This document shows, piece by piece, positions 9,469 through 18,625 of a stretch of 32,000 nucleotides of DNA. Made by a program: the position numbers and the translations under genes. This DNA is from Ignicoccus pacificus DSM 13166. GTDB lineage: Archaea > Thermoproteota > Thermoprotei_A > Sulfolobales > Ignicoccaceae. The stretch covers positions 930,001 to 962,000 of the forward strand of contig CP006868.1 in assembly GCA_025340205.1 (NCBI GenBank), written 5' to 3'. Each line of letters opens with the position of its first letter. Positions within the stretch are counted from its first letter, which is position 1. The notes under the pieces are model-generated. The model did no database searches. It worked only from the letters and a program-made list of their open reading frames with translations, and was not told where the DNA came from.

Positions 9469-9681
9469 TCACAAGTACCCCTTCTCCTTTAACCTCTTCA
9501 CTATCTCCTCCCTCTCCTCTTCAGAAACTCCAGCGCTGAAGATCTCTTCTTCGACCTCGCTGACCCTCTCTCTAAGTAACCTTACCAAGAGCTCGTTTAC
9601 GTCTTCGCAAGAGATCTCCTTACACAGCTTCTCGACCCTAGTGTAGAGCGATTTTGGAATAAGCACTTGTACGCTCTCCAA
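9469..9681 (-). CDS. Small protein, possible ribbon-helix-helix (CopG-like) N-terminus
   Basis: 70 aa: MESVQVLIPKSLYTRVEKLCKEISCEDVNELLVRLLRERVSEVEEE. The beta strand followed by two helices is compatible with RHH. It sits immediately upstream of sat in the same orientation. Confidence 0.6.
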   Translation of the reverse strand: MESVQVLIPKSLYTRVEKLCKEISCEDVNELLVRLLRERVSEVEEEIFSAGVSEEEREEIVKRLKEKGYL

Positions 9682-9734
9682 AGCACTCTCCCTTCGGTCT
9701 GGGATAGGTAGGAGCCAGTTAAAGCGAAGTGAAT

Positions 9735-10511
9735 TTATTCAAACAAGTCAAGTAATCTGGAATACTCTCGTTCAAATCCATGTTCCCTCGCTATCTTTAG
9801 GAAAAGATTTTCCAGTTTTGTATCGTCATAGACTCTAATCCTCAAGGGATTGTTTTTGATGAACTCTGTAAATCGAGGAAGTTTGTAGAAACTTTCTTCT
9901 TTATTGTAAATGATCAATTTGTCTTCACCTACGGCCTCTATAGCTTCTATGTTTGAGAAGGTCCATACCATCAAGAACCATCCTTGAAGGCTTGAAGGTC
10001 TTGGTATATTCCTTATTACTGAATAAACCTTGGCCATCTTCGCCAAAGGATCTAAGGGCTGAAGCAACTTAGCTATAATACCTAGCTTCTCTCCTATCCT
10101 CAGGTACTTTCCATAGGTCGTTCCGCTGTGGAACAGATTCTTGAACGAATGGTAAACTGAGACGGGGTCTCTAATTATGTGATAGACGTCCCAATGTTCC
10201 TTAATCCAGTCCTTTCCCAAGAATCGATGCAAGGTAGTCTCCTTGATCGGATAGCCTCTCAACCCCTCCATGAATTTCCTTAGAGTTTCCTCATTATGGA
10301 AGAACCAAAGGGTAGTATTCACAGAAGGATCCGTGAGATATGGATGATAGTAGCTAAACCACTTCGCGAGCTCCGGTATTCTCTTAATAGTGCCTTTAGG
10401 AGTAGCTAACGGCTCGTACACCACTCTCCCATAGAGCCACTCCAAGTATCTGGAGAGATACGTAGTCCCCGACCTAGGAAATCCATTTATCATGATGGGC
10501 TTTTCCGTCAC
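9735..10511 (-). CDS. Sulfotransferase family protein (PAPS-dependent type)
   Basis: 5'-PSB-like loop PIMINGFPRSGTTYLSRYLEWL near the N-terminus and 3'-PSB-like YHIIRDPVSVYHSFKNLFHSGTTY. Confidence 0.82.
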   Translation of the reverse strand: MTEKPIMINGFPRSGTTYLSRYLEWLYGRVVYEPLATPKGTIKRIPELAKWFSYYHPYLTDPSVNTTLWFFHNEETLRKFMEGLRGYPIKETTLHRFLGKDWIKEHWDVYHIIRDPVSVYHSFKNLFHSGTTYGKYLRIGEKLGIIAKLLQPLDPLAKMAKVYSVIRNIPRPSSLQGWFLMVWTFSNIEAIEAVGEDKLIIYNKEESFYKLPRFTEFIKNNPLRIRVYDDTKLENLFLKIAREHGFEREYSRLLDLFE

Positions 10512-10549
10512 TCTCGGCTCCCTTGCGCTTTGGTTAGCTATCAGAGCAT

Positions 10550-11104
10550 TTATCTTAGTTTTCCGAGGTCGCTAAGGTAAGGCTCTGATGTGGCCACTTT
10601 TATACACTTCCTATAATGTTCTTCGTCAAGTAGACCCAATTTGTAAGCTAGATCACAAAAGCAGTGAGATCTTGGATTGTACTTGCCGTCAGAGAGCACA
10701 TATTTCATGTGTTCTCTCAGTGACTCTTCGCTGCACTTCTTGCATTCCTCGCTGCACTCTAGCTTTCTATGAAGAAGTGCCACCGGAGTCATTATGGCTC
10801 CCACAAACCTCTTCCTCTCAATAAAAGTAGGTCTTCTCCAGTAAGGATTAGTTTCATATGTGCTTTTCGACACGAGCTTCTTAGTATCGTAGTATCCTAA
10901 GAGAACCGCTAGAGGTGTGTAAATCAGGAAGAAGAGACCTAGGAATTCGGGAAAACTCAAATACTTTCTTAAGGAAGTAAAATACCAAACAAGCGAGGCA
11001 GTATTAAATAGTGATATTAAGAAGGTAAAATAGTTAGTCATACCAAATCTCATATAGACATAGATCCTTAGCAATTTCCTTATTATCATCTTCGCGTTAG
11101 GCAC
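10550..11104 (-). CDS. Small membrane protein with a Cys-rich segment; paralog of the upstream gene
   Basis: Two hydrophobic segments, then LECSEECKKCSEESLREHMKY and YNPRSHCFCDLAYKLG. Matches 11117-11713 at LGYYD...Y..NPYWRRP versus LGWIDLN...NVYWYKPPW. Confidence 0.75.
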   Translation of the reverse strand: MPNAKMIIRKLLRIYVYMRFGMTNYFTFLISLFNTASLVWYFTSLRKYLSFPEFLGLFFLIYTPLAVLLGYYDTKKLVSKSTYETNPYWRRPTFIERKRFVGAIMTPVALLHRKLECSEECKKCSEESLREHMKYVLSDGKYNPRSHCFCDLAYKLGLLDEEHYRKCIKVATSEPYLSDLGKLR

Positions 11105-11116
11105 GAGGTCCCACCT

Positions 11117-11713
11117 CTATCTATACTCAGATCTTTCTTTAACGAACTTTAAATACTCCTCCACTTGTCTCTCATCGAAGCCTATATGTACAAGAAGTTT
11201 CTTTATGCAATCGTCAGAGGGTTTAGGGCCCCTTACTACTACATCGAAGGAACTTTCATAGAGCCAATCTACAACTGCTTGAGCGGCCTCTTTGTAACAC
11301 TCCTTTAGCTCTCCTTCTGTGCCTTCAGCCATTGCTACTATAAAGGGTAAATCTATAGAAGTGAAGGTTAATTCTCTCACTACTTTCCATGGAGGTTTAT
11401 ACCAATAGACATTCTTCTCAATTATCTTTCTCTGCGTTCCTGCGTTAAGATCAATCCATCCCAACATTACGGATAATACCACTAAGATAATTATAACGGC
11501 TAGTGTTACGTATATCTTCATGGCTCCTTGGATCCCTATTGCTGGAAGCACGACTCCTTGGAGGAGTACTATTGCATTTATCGCTGTGAGCAAGAAGGCA
11601 ACGTAATTCATGTGAGTTACTCTAAGATATACGATGATATCAAAGTATTTTGACTGGTAGATTGATCTGCCGATTTTTCTAAGAAAAGAGTAGAACTTGG
11701 ATTTAATTTGCAT
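11117..11713 (-). CDS. Small membrane protein, paralog of 10550-11104
   Basis: IIVYLRVTHMNYVAFLLTAINAIVLLQG aligns with IYVYMRFGMTNYFTFLISLFNTASLVWYF. The start codon is 10 nt from the preceding CDS stop. Confidence 0.78.
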   Translation of the reverse strand: MQIKSKFYSFLRKIGRSIYQSKYFDIIVYLRVTHMNYVAFLLTAINAIVLLQGVVLPAIGIQGAMKIYVTLAVIIILVVLSVMLGWIDLNAGTQRKIIEKNVYWYKPPWKVVRELTFTSIDLPFIVAMAEGTEGELKECYKEAAQAVVDWLYESSFDVVVRGPKPSDDCIKKLLVHIGFDERQVEEYLKFVKERSEYR

Positions 11714-11723
11714 CTATTGCACC

Positions 11724-12890
11724 TCAGCCTTGAAGAACTTCTCTCAAGACCTCAACGGAGTGCCTTATGTTATCCTCCGTGACCACGTAGGGTGGTAGGA
11801 ACCTTATTACAGTTAAGCCAGCCTTTAACGCCAAGATCTTCCTCTTCTGAAGCTCCTCGATGTACTTTCCGGGCTTTACCCTTAGCTCGGTTCCTATCAT
11901 TAGACCGAAGGCTCTGACCTCTCTCACTATTCTGAGGGGAGCTACCTCTTCTTCAAGCATCTTCTGGAACAGCTGGCCCTTCTCTTCTGCTTGCTTAGGT
12001 ACGTCGTCTTCCAGAAGCACGTCTATTGCCCCGCTCATCGCTGCCAAAGCCATAGGATTGGCTCCGTAAGTGGAGCCGTGCATTCCAGTAACTATGCTCT
12101 CAGCAATCTTATCGCTGACGGCTACCATGGAAACGGGGAAACCATTGCCTATGGCCTTGGCGCTTAGTAGGATGTCCGGCTCGGGCGCACCTAGCTTCTG
12201 GAACGCCCATATCGCTCCCGTCCTCCCGAAACCACACTGAATCTCGTCGTAAACTAGGACCGCCCCTACCTCCCTAGCTCTTCTCGCCACAGTTTGGATG
12301 AACTCAGGGGAGGCAGGATTGATTCCGCCTTCTCCTTGAACGGGCTCTAGGAAGACGGCGGCAGTGTTCTCATCTATGACCTTGTCCACCTCCTCTACAT
12401 TATTGAACGTCGCGAAGTGTACGTTCTTGTAAAGAGCTTGTTCGGCCGGAGTTCTGTACTCCCTCCCCCACGTTAAGCTTAGGCTACCCAAGGTCCTTCC
12501 ATGGAAGGCCTTCTTGAAGGCGACAACCTTCTCTTTCTTCGTGTAATTAAGAGCTAGCTTCAAGGCGAGCTCAGCTGCCTCGGTGCCGCTGTTCTGGAAG
12601 TAGACGTTAAGTAAGCTTTGAGGAAGTATCTTCGGAAGCTTCTTGAGAAGCTCCTCCTTGGCAGGATCGTCAAAGGAGGGAGAGTTAATCATTAGACTAC
12701 CTAACTGCTCAACGAGCTTCGCAACCACTCGAGGATTCCTATGACCGAGGAAGCCTACACCATATCCGTTGTAATAATCCAAATACTTGTTCCAGCTCTC
12801 ATCCCACACGTACTGCATGTAAGCCTTGACTATCTTGATGCCTCTGGGAGCGTAAAACCTTAAGAGCTTGGCTTCCATAATCCGTCCCAA
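11724..12890 (-). CDS. Acetylornithine/[LysW]-aminoadipate-semialdehyde transaminase family aminotransferase (class III PLP)
   Basis: NVYFQNSGTEAAELALKLAL, AFHGRTLGSLSLTW, VFLEPVQGEGGINPA, VYDEIQCGFGRTG, LLSAKAIGNGFPVS and HGSTYGANPMALA. A LysJ/ArgD role is plausible but not distinguishable here. Confidence 0.88.
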   Translation of the reverse strand: MGRIMEAKLLRFYAPRGIKIVKAYMQYVWDESWNKYLDYYNGYGVGFLGHRNPRVVAKLVEQLGSLMINSPSFDDPAKEELLKKLPKILPQSLLNVYFQNSGTEAAELALKLALNYTKKEKVVAFKKAFHGRTLGSLSLTWGREYRTPAEQALYKNVHFATFNNVEEVDKVIDENTAAVFLEPVQGEGGINPASPEFIQTVARRAREVGAVLVYDEIQCGFGRTGAIWAFQKLGAPEPDILLSAKAIGNGFPVSMVAVSDKIAESIVTGMHGSTYGANPMALAAMSGAIDVLLEDDVPKQAEEKGQLFQKMLEEEVAPLRIVREVRAFGLMIGTELRVKPGKYIEELQKRKILALKAGLTVIRFLPPYVVTEDNIRHSVEVLREVLQG

Positions 12891-12996
12891 GAGGAGCTAT
12901 AGTAGGAAGCTATATCCTTTGGTAAGTCTAAATCTATTATTAGAAATACAAAAGGTGTATAAGCATCGCTAAGTAGTCATATACGAGGTACTGGTC

Positions 12997-14940
12997 TTGG
13001 CCGAGGAGACGAAAACCGTATTACCCCTTGCTAAGGGGGTTGTTCCTACTGGAAAGCTACACGAAATGAGGAAGAGGGCCCTAGAGGACCCCGAAGGCTT
13101 CTGGTCCGAAATAGCTTCTGAACTGTATTGGAAGAAGGGTTGGGATAAGGTAGTTGAAGGAGAGCCTCCCTACTTCAAGTGGTTCGTAGGAGGTAAGACC
13201 AACCTAGCCTACAATGCCTTGGATAGGCATGTTAAGACTTGGAGGAAGAACAAGGCCGCTATAATATGGGAAGGTGAGCCTGGAGAGACCAGGGTACTCA
13301 CTTACTATCAGCTTTGGAAGGAAGTAAACAAGTTTGCCAACGTGCTAAGGGATCTGGGAGTCAAGAAGGGAGACAGGGTAACCATCTACATGCCGATGGT
13401 ACCCGAAGCTGCTATAGCGATGCTGGCCACTGTTAGAATAGGAGCAATCCACAGCGTCGTGTTCTCCGGATTCTCTGCTAAGGGACTAGCTGAGAGGATC
13501 AACGATGCCCAAGCTAAGGTCGTAATCACCGCTGACGGAATGTACAGGAGAGGAAAGAAGCTCAACTTGAAGGAGATAGTAGACAAGGCGCTTCAAGAGA
13601 CTCCCTCAGTTGAGAGCGTGGTGGTTTACAACAGGCTAGGCCTCGACATCAACATGGAGGAGGGAAGGGATTACTGGTGGAATGACCTAATGGAGGGAGC
13701 TGAGACTTATGCCGAGCCCGAATGGGTAGAGAGCGAGCACCCCTCCTTCATTCTATACACTTCCGGAACCACTGGCAAGCCTAAGGGAATAATTCACGAC
13801 ACCGCTGGTTACATGGTAGGAGTTTACGCTACTATGAAGTGGGTCTTCGACATTAAGGATGAAGACATTCATTGGTGTACCGCCGACGTCGGATGGATCA
13901 CCGGTCACTCCTATGTCGTTTATGGACCTCTGCTCCACGGAGCCACCACACTAATGTACGAGGGAGCCCCCGACTACCCCAAGCCCGACCGCTGGTGGAG
14001 CATCATTGAGAAGTACGGAGTCAGCATATTCTGCACCGCTCCAACCGCGATAAGAATGTTCATGAGGTACGGAGAGAAGTGGGTCGAGAGGCACGACCTT
14101 AGCAGCTTAAGGATCCTCGGAAGCGTCGGTGAGCCCATAAACCCCGAAGCATGGTGGTGGTACTTCAAGCACATAGGGAAGGAGAAGTGTCCTATAGTGG
14201 ACACTTGGTGGCAGACCGAGACCGGTCACATAATGATAAGCCCCGCTCCCGGAATAGAGCTAGTGCCTCTGAAGCCTGGAAGTGCTACCTTCCCGCTACC
14301 CGGCGTCGACGCCGACGTGGTAGATGACAACGGAAACCCTGTACCTCCCAACACCAGAGGGTACTTGGTAATCAAGAAGCCATGGCCCGGCATGCTACAC
14401 GGAGTTTGGGGAGACCCGGAGAGATACAAGAGGACTTACTGGAGCAAGTTCCCAGGATGGTACTTCACCGGAGACTATGCCATGAAGGACGAGGATGGAT
14501 ACTTCTGGATACTAGGAAGAGCCGACGACGTGATCAAGGTAGCTGGACACAGGCTAGGAACCATGGAGATAGAGAGCGCCTTCGTCGCCCACCCCGCGGT
14601 GGCTGAAGCGGCCGTGGTAGGAAAGCCTCACCCAGTCAAGGGAGAGTCCATAGTGGCCTTCATAGTCCTCAAGGAGGGTCAGCAGCCCAGCGACGAGCTT
14701 AGGGAGGAGCTTAGGAAGTGGATAAGGGAGACCATAGGTCCGGTGGCCACTCCAGACGAGATACACTTCGTCACCAAGCTACCGAAGACCAGGAGCGGAA
14801 AGATCATGAGAAGAGTGCTGAGGGCAGTGATAAGCGGCAAGGAGCTTGGAGACCTCAGCACCCTAGAGGACGAGGCCTCCGTGGAGGAGGTAAAGAGGGC
14901 AGTAGCGCAGCTGAGGAAGGACCTAGGACTTTCCGAGTAA
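12997..14940 (+). CDS. acs: Acetyl-CoA synthetase, AMP-forming
   Basis: [102 protein letters not shown] and [18 protein letters not shown] start with the RBS-like gaggta. Confidence 0.96.
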   Translation: MAEETKTVLPLAKGVVPTGKLHEMRKRALEDPEGFWSEIASELYWKKGWDKVVEGEPPYFKWFVGGKTNLAYNALDRHVKTWRKNKAAIIWEGEPGETRVLTYYQLWKEVNKFANVLRDLGVKKGDRVTIYMPMVPEAAIAMLATVRIGAIHSVVFSGFSAKGLAERINDAQAKVVITADGMYRRGKKLNLKEIVDKALQETPSVESVVVYNRLGLDINMEEGRDYWWNDLMEGAETYAEPEWVESEHPSFILYTSGTTGKPKGIIHDTAGYMVGVYATMKWVFDIKDEDIHWCTADVGWITGHSYVVYGPLLHGATTLMYEGAPDYPKPDRWWSIIEKYGVSIFCTAPTAIRMFMRYGEKWVERHDLSSLRILGSVGEPINPEAWWWYFKHIGKEKCPIVDTWWQTETGHIMISPAPGIELVPLKPGSATFPLPGVDADVVDDNGNPVPPNTRGYLVIKKPWPGMLHGVWGDPERYKRTYWSKFPGWYFTGDYAMKDEDGYFWILGRADDVIKVAGHRLGTMEIESAFVAHPAVAEAAVVGKPHPVKGESIVAFIVLKEGQQPSDELREELRKWIRETIGPVATPDEIHFVTKLPKTRSGKIMRRVLRAVISGKELGDLSTLEDEASVEEVKRAVAQLRKDLGLSE

Positions 14941-14942
14941 AA

Positions 14943-15344
14943 TCATTCGAATTTAGGACCTTCTTTTTCTACTTCTACCTTCCCATCCTCACTAACCCTA
15001 TAATGAAAACAAGAGTGGTATCCTTCATGGCAAGCGATTAGTGATGCTTGTCTTACCACAAGCAAGACGGTATCCCTATCGCAGTCTATGTAGAACCCTT
15101 CCACCACTTGGATGTGACCACTCGTTGCTCCCTTAACCCAAAGTTCTTTTCTCGATTTGCTCCAATAATGGGCTATGCCGGTGGTCAGAGTCCTCAGCAC
15201 TGCCTCCTTGTTCATTGATGCTACCATTAGCACTTTTCCGCTGTATTTTTCTTGAACAACGGCGACGACGGTGTCGTCGGGCCACCGATAGTTCAGTTGT
15301 TCAGCTATTCTCTTTGCTTGCTCTTCGTTTAACTTGAACATCAT
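14943..15344 (-). CDS. hisI: Phosphoribosyl-AMP cyclohydrolase
   Basis: VLMVASMNKEAVLRTLTTGIAHYWSKSRKELWVKGATSGHIQ, DCDRDTVLLVVRQ and ACHEGYHSCFHY. Confidence 0.93.
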   Translation of the reverse strand: MMFKLNEEQAKRIAEQLNYRWPDDTVVAVVQEKYSGKVLMVASMNKEAVLRTLTTGIAHYWSKSRKELWVKGATSGHIQVVEGFYIDCDRDTVLLVVRQASLIACHEGYHSCFHYRVSEDGKVEVEKEGPKFE

Positions 15345-16489
15345 ATCCCCCTCGGGGTCTTTAGCTCCACTTCCCCTTCCATGGGAGATTTAACGTAGAG
15401 ATGGTTGCCCTCCACAACGCTAACCTTGAGAAGCTTTCCGTTGACGTAGAGCCACTCCGGTCTGCCAAGTATGGTGTGAAGCAAGCTGGAGAGCTCGACT
15501 TCATCTCTGTCCCACTTCTCAGAAAGAGTTGTTACTAACTCGAGCTTAGTTATGTAGCTAGATATGGGTCCGCACTTGAGGACTGAGAGAACCTTCAATC
15601 TCTCGGTTGCTAAAGCGATCTTAGCTCCCTTCCAGTCTAAGGATTGTATTCCCTCTTTGTATTTTTGGGAGATTATCTCGTTCCCATCTATCCCTATGAG
15701 TCCAAACTTACCGTTAGAGGCATCTCCATAAGCTAAGAGGGTACAATCATCGTTAAAGCTCAAGCCCCACACGTTGTTCAGACCCTCCTCAATTTCCCAT
15801 AATAGAGTAGGATTTCTGGGATCCTTGGTATCGTATAGCAGAACCTTTCCAGGCTTGAAGGTCGCTACAGCTAGCTTGTTCCCGCACCACTTAACCTTGT
15901 TTACAGCCTCCGCTACCTCTTCCTTCCATATAGCAGTAGGCTTCTTCAATATGTAGACATTACCATCGTGACTAGCGACGGCCAACATCTCCTCGTCTAC
16001 ATGCCAAGAAAGGCCCCACACGTTGTCGTCGGTCAAGAACTCCCACAAATGTTCAAAGTTCTTGTCGAGTATGCTTACCTTCCCTCCTCCTTCACCTTCG
16101 GTAGCTATAGCTACCCTGTTTCCATGAGGGGAGAATGCGCAAGAGTAAACGGGGGTGCCGAATTTTATTGTAGTTATCAAGGTACCATCAAGATCGAATA
16201 TGTAGACGTTCCCGTCGTCATTCCCAAAGATGACCCTTTCATCTACGGGGTCAAAGGCAGCGCAGTTGAAGCCTTGGGGCGAATCATATCTCCACGAAGT
16301 GATCCTACCGTCGACACGGGTCAATAAGTAGGCGAAGCCGCCGAACTCCTCCTCACTTGAAGCAAGGGGATGCGCTGAGGAGCTGGAGACCGCTAAGGCT
16401 ACAGTTCGGCTATCTCTCAGAGCTAGGGAATACGTCCCCCTTTCTGGCGTGAATATCCAAGAGGTTTTAATATTAATCTCTTCCTCCAT
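15341..16489 (-). CDS. WD40-like beta-propeller protein
   Basis: Repeated blades such as NCAAFDPVDERVIFGNDDGNVYIFDLDG, VYSCAFSPHGNRVAIATEG and VWGLSWHVDEEMLAVASHDGNVYIL. Start trimmed to MEEEINIKTS (track ORF starts at 16621). ATGA overlap with hisI. Confidence 0.8.
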   Translation of the reverse strand: MEEEINIKTSWIFTPERGTYSLALRDSRTVALAVSSSSAHPLASSEEEFGGFAYLLTRVDGRITSWRYDSPQGFNCAAFDPVDERVIFGNDDGNVYIFDLDGTLITTIKFGTPVYSCAFSPHGNRVAIATEGEGGGKVSILDKNFEHLWEFLTDDNVWGLSWHVDEEMLAVASHDGNVYILKKPTAIWKEEVAEAVNKVKWCGNKLAVATFKPGKVLLYDTKDPRNPTLLWEIEEGLNNVWGLSFNDDCTLLAYGDASNGKFGLIGIDGNEIISQKYKEGIQSLDWKGAKIALATERLKVLSVLKCGPISSYITKLELVTTLSEKWDRDEVELSSLLHTILGRPEWLYVNGKLLKVSVVEGNHLYVKSPMEGEVELKTPRGI

Positions 16490-16567
16490 AGGTCCACATC
16501 CCTTAGTTAGTGAAGCCTTCAGAGTCCTTAATAGTAGCTGACAACATAGTGCTCGCGGACTGAGACC

Positions 16568-17227
16568 TTGGGCAAGCGTGAGGCCGCCAAGATGGCCGTT
16601 AAGAGAATTCAAGAGCTTCAACCGGAGATCCTGGGCGTTGGTTCGGGAACTACTGTAAGGTTGTTCATAGAGGAATTGAGCAAGATAGGGTTCAAGGGTC
16701 TGACGGTTTCTACAAGCTACGACACGTCGTTGTTGTTGGCATCTAAAGGCTTCAAAGTAATCGAGATCGAAACCGTTGAGAAGGTAGACGTCAGTGTCGA
16801 CGGTGCAGATGAAGTAAGCAAGGATTTATACTTAATCAAAGGTGGAGGAGCTGCATTATTAAGAGAGAAAGTTCTAGCAGAGCTTTCAAGATATAGGATA
16901 TACATAGTTGACGAGAGCAAGGTAGTTGAAAAGCCCTGTGGAAGGAAGTTCCCGATACCAATAGAAGTGGTCCCAGCTGCCTATAACTCTGTAATAAAGA
17001 AGTTAAATGAGATGGAGATAAGGTGGAAGCTTAGGGAAGCGAAGGGTAAGCTAGGTCCGGTAATAACGGACAACGGCAACTTCATACTAGACTTGGAATG
17101 CGAGGACGCGTTCAGTAAGATCGAGGAGGTGAAGGGATTAAATGGAGTGGCCTCGGTGGGAGTGTTCCCTCCTTCGCTCGTCGATGAGGTGATAATCGGT
17201 GGAAGGAAGGTGCTACGAAGAGGTTGA
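16568..17227 (+). CDS. rpiA: Ribose-5-phosphate isomerase A
   Basis: ILGVGSGTTVRLFIEEL, VDVSVDGADEVSKDLYLIKGGGAALLREKVLA and GNFILDLECEDA. TTG start. Confidence 0.93.
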   Translation: MGKREAAKMAVKRIQELQPEILGVGSGTTVRLFIEELSKIGFKGLTVSTSYDTSLLLASKGFKVIEIETVEKVDVSVDGADEVSKDLYLIKGGGAALLREKVLAELSRYRIYIVDESKVVEKPCGRKFPIPIEVVPAAYNSVIKKLNEMEIRWKLREAKGKLGPVITDNGNFILDLECEDAFSKIEEVKGLNGVASVGVFPPSLVDEVIIGGRKVLRRG

Positions 17228-17648
17228 GTGGAGGTGTGAGAGGAACGAATACCTTTCGGTAACGGAGCTCAAGTTGGGCGAGTACTCCTTCCATATATAC
17301 AAGAGTCCTCATGGGGATTACTTGGTCTGGGATGACTTCTGTACATGTAAGTCCTTCATGCTCAACTTGGGTAAAGGTATCGTAAGGCCTTGTAAACACA
17401 TGTGTTCCCATAGGAGGCCCATAAAAAGAATTGAAATAAGTTCCGAGGAAGCCTATGACATACTCCTCTCGGTGCTTCTTTACGCCCATAGCAACCTTTT
17501 AAGAATACTGGAAGCTCGTGAGAGGGAGAGGAGACGTGGGAAGGAGGAGAAGGAGGAGGAAGGTGATAAGGAGAGTACCGAGACTACCGACGATGTTTCA
17601 GTGTCCTCACTGCGGAGCTCAAGCGTTGCTGATAGACATAAGGACTGA
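17199..17648 (+). CDS. SWIM zinc-finger domain protein
   Basis: FCTCKSFMLNLGKGIVRPCKHM fits the SWIM CxCx(n)CxH pattern. The start is uncertain (ATG 17199 or TTG 17274). The Arg/Glu-rich C-terminus overlaps the next gene. Confidence 0.65.
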   Translation: MEGRCYEEVEWRCERNEYLSVTELKLGEYSFHIYKSPHGDYLVWDDFCTCKSFMLNLGKGIVRPCKHMCSHRRPIKRIEISSEEAYDILLSVLLYAHSNLLRILEARERERRRGKEEKEEEGDKESTETTDDVSVSSLRSSSVADRHKD

Positions 17649-17883
17649 TAGGAGATCTAAAAAGAGAATAGCTCAGATAAGGTGCGGATCTTGCGGCCTT
17701 CACTATGAGATGGACCTAACGGATAACCCTATAGCTGATAAGGCTTGGGTTTACGGAAAGTTCATTGACTTGTATTATGCTGGCGAGATCAAGGTAGAGG
17801 AAGCGGAAGAGGAAGAAAAGGAGGTGGAAGAAAGTGAAGAAGGAGAGGAAGGTGGAGGACTACCTGAGGAAGAGGAGTGGTAG
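17593..17883 (+). CDS. Elf1-like zinc-ribbon transcription elongation factor homolog with acidic tail
   Basis: MFQCPHCGAQALLIDIRTDRRSKKRIAQIRCGSCGLHYEMDLTDNPIADKAWVYGKFIDLYYAGE has two CxxC pairs and Elf1 spacing. C-terminal poly-Glu tail. Confidence 0.78.
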   Translation: MFQCPHCGAQALLIDIRTDRRSKKRIAQIRCGSCGLHYEMDLTDNPIADKAWVYGKFIDLYYAGEIKVEEAEEEEKEVEESEEGEEGGGLPEEEEW

Positions 17884-18589
17884 GGCCCTATTCTTTCTCC
17901 TAGACCCCGATAAGGTAGTTAGGGAAGAGGAGAGGTATAAGGAGATAGTTGAGGAGTTATGCCCATATGCCACGGCCTTCTTCGTCGGAGGTAGTACCGG
18001 GTTTTCCCAATTAGAGGAAGAACGCACGATCAGAATGATAAAAGCGGTATGTGATAAACCTGTCGTGATATTCCCCGGAAGTCCTGCGCACGTCGCTCCC
18101 TCTGCCGATGCCATACTATTCATGAGCTTGCTGAACTCCCGCAGCAGGAAGTTCTTAATCGAGGACCAATTAGAGGGAGCACTCCTAGTTTGGCGCTACG
18201 GTCTCGAAGCAATTCCAACCGCTTATCTGATAGTGGGCGAAGGAGGTACAGCGGGTTGGGTAGGCGACGCCAAGACAATCCCCTTAGAGAAACCGGAACT
18301 GCTAGCCATGTACGCCCTAGCCGCTAAGTACTTGGGTTTCAGGGCGATATACGTGGAAGCGGGCTCAGGGGCTAGGACTCACGTGCCTCCACAAACGGTC
18401 GCTATGATAAAGAAGTTGCTTGGTAATGAAGTGTTCTTGATGATTGGTGGAGGGATAAAGAATGCCGAGACGGCACTTTCAATACTGAAGGCCGGAGCAG
18501 ATGGTATAATCATCGGAACTTTGATAGAGAAGGAGCCAGAGAAGGCAGTTGAACTAGCCAAGGTGGTCAGGGAGAGCTTAGGAGAATGA
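17852..18589 (+). CDS. Geranylgeranylglyceryl phosphate synthase
   Basis: FFLLDPDKV, FFVGGSTGFS, PVVIFPGSPAHVAPSADAILFMSLLNSRS, YLIVGEGGTAGWVGDAK, YVEAGSGA and VFLMIGGGIKNAETA. GTG start at 17852 preferred; the track ORF starts at 17834. Confidence 0.93.
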   Translation: MEDYLRKRSGRALFFLLDPDKVVREEERYKEIVEELCPYATAFFVGGSTGFSQLEEERTIRMIKAVCDKPVVIFPGSPAHVAPSADAILFMSLLNSRSRKFLIEDQLEGALLVWRYGLEAIPTAYLIVGEGGTAGWVGDAKTIPLEKPELLAMYALAAKYLGFRAIYVEAGSGARTHVPPQTVAMIKKLLGNEVFLMIGGGIKNAETALSILKAGADGIIIGTLIEKEPEKAVELAKVVRESLGE

Positions 18590-18625
18590 TATAAAGCCCA
18601 CCCTCGACCCACCAGCGGTGACGAT

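Noticed and set aside
14382-15041. Plus-strand ORFs of 74 and 107 aa overlapping acs
   Set aside because: Alternative frames of the acs 3' end, highly charged, no homology seen.
17112-17489. 125-aa minus-strand ORF
   Set aside because: Antisense to rpiA and the SWIM gene; low-complexity Pro/Leu-rich sequence, no motif.
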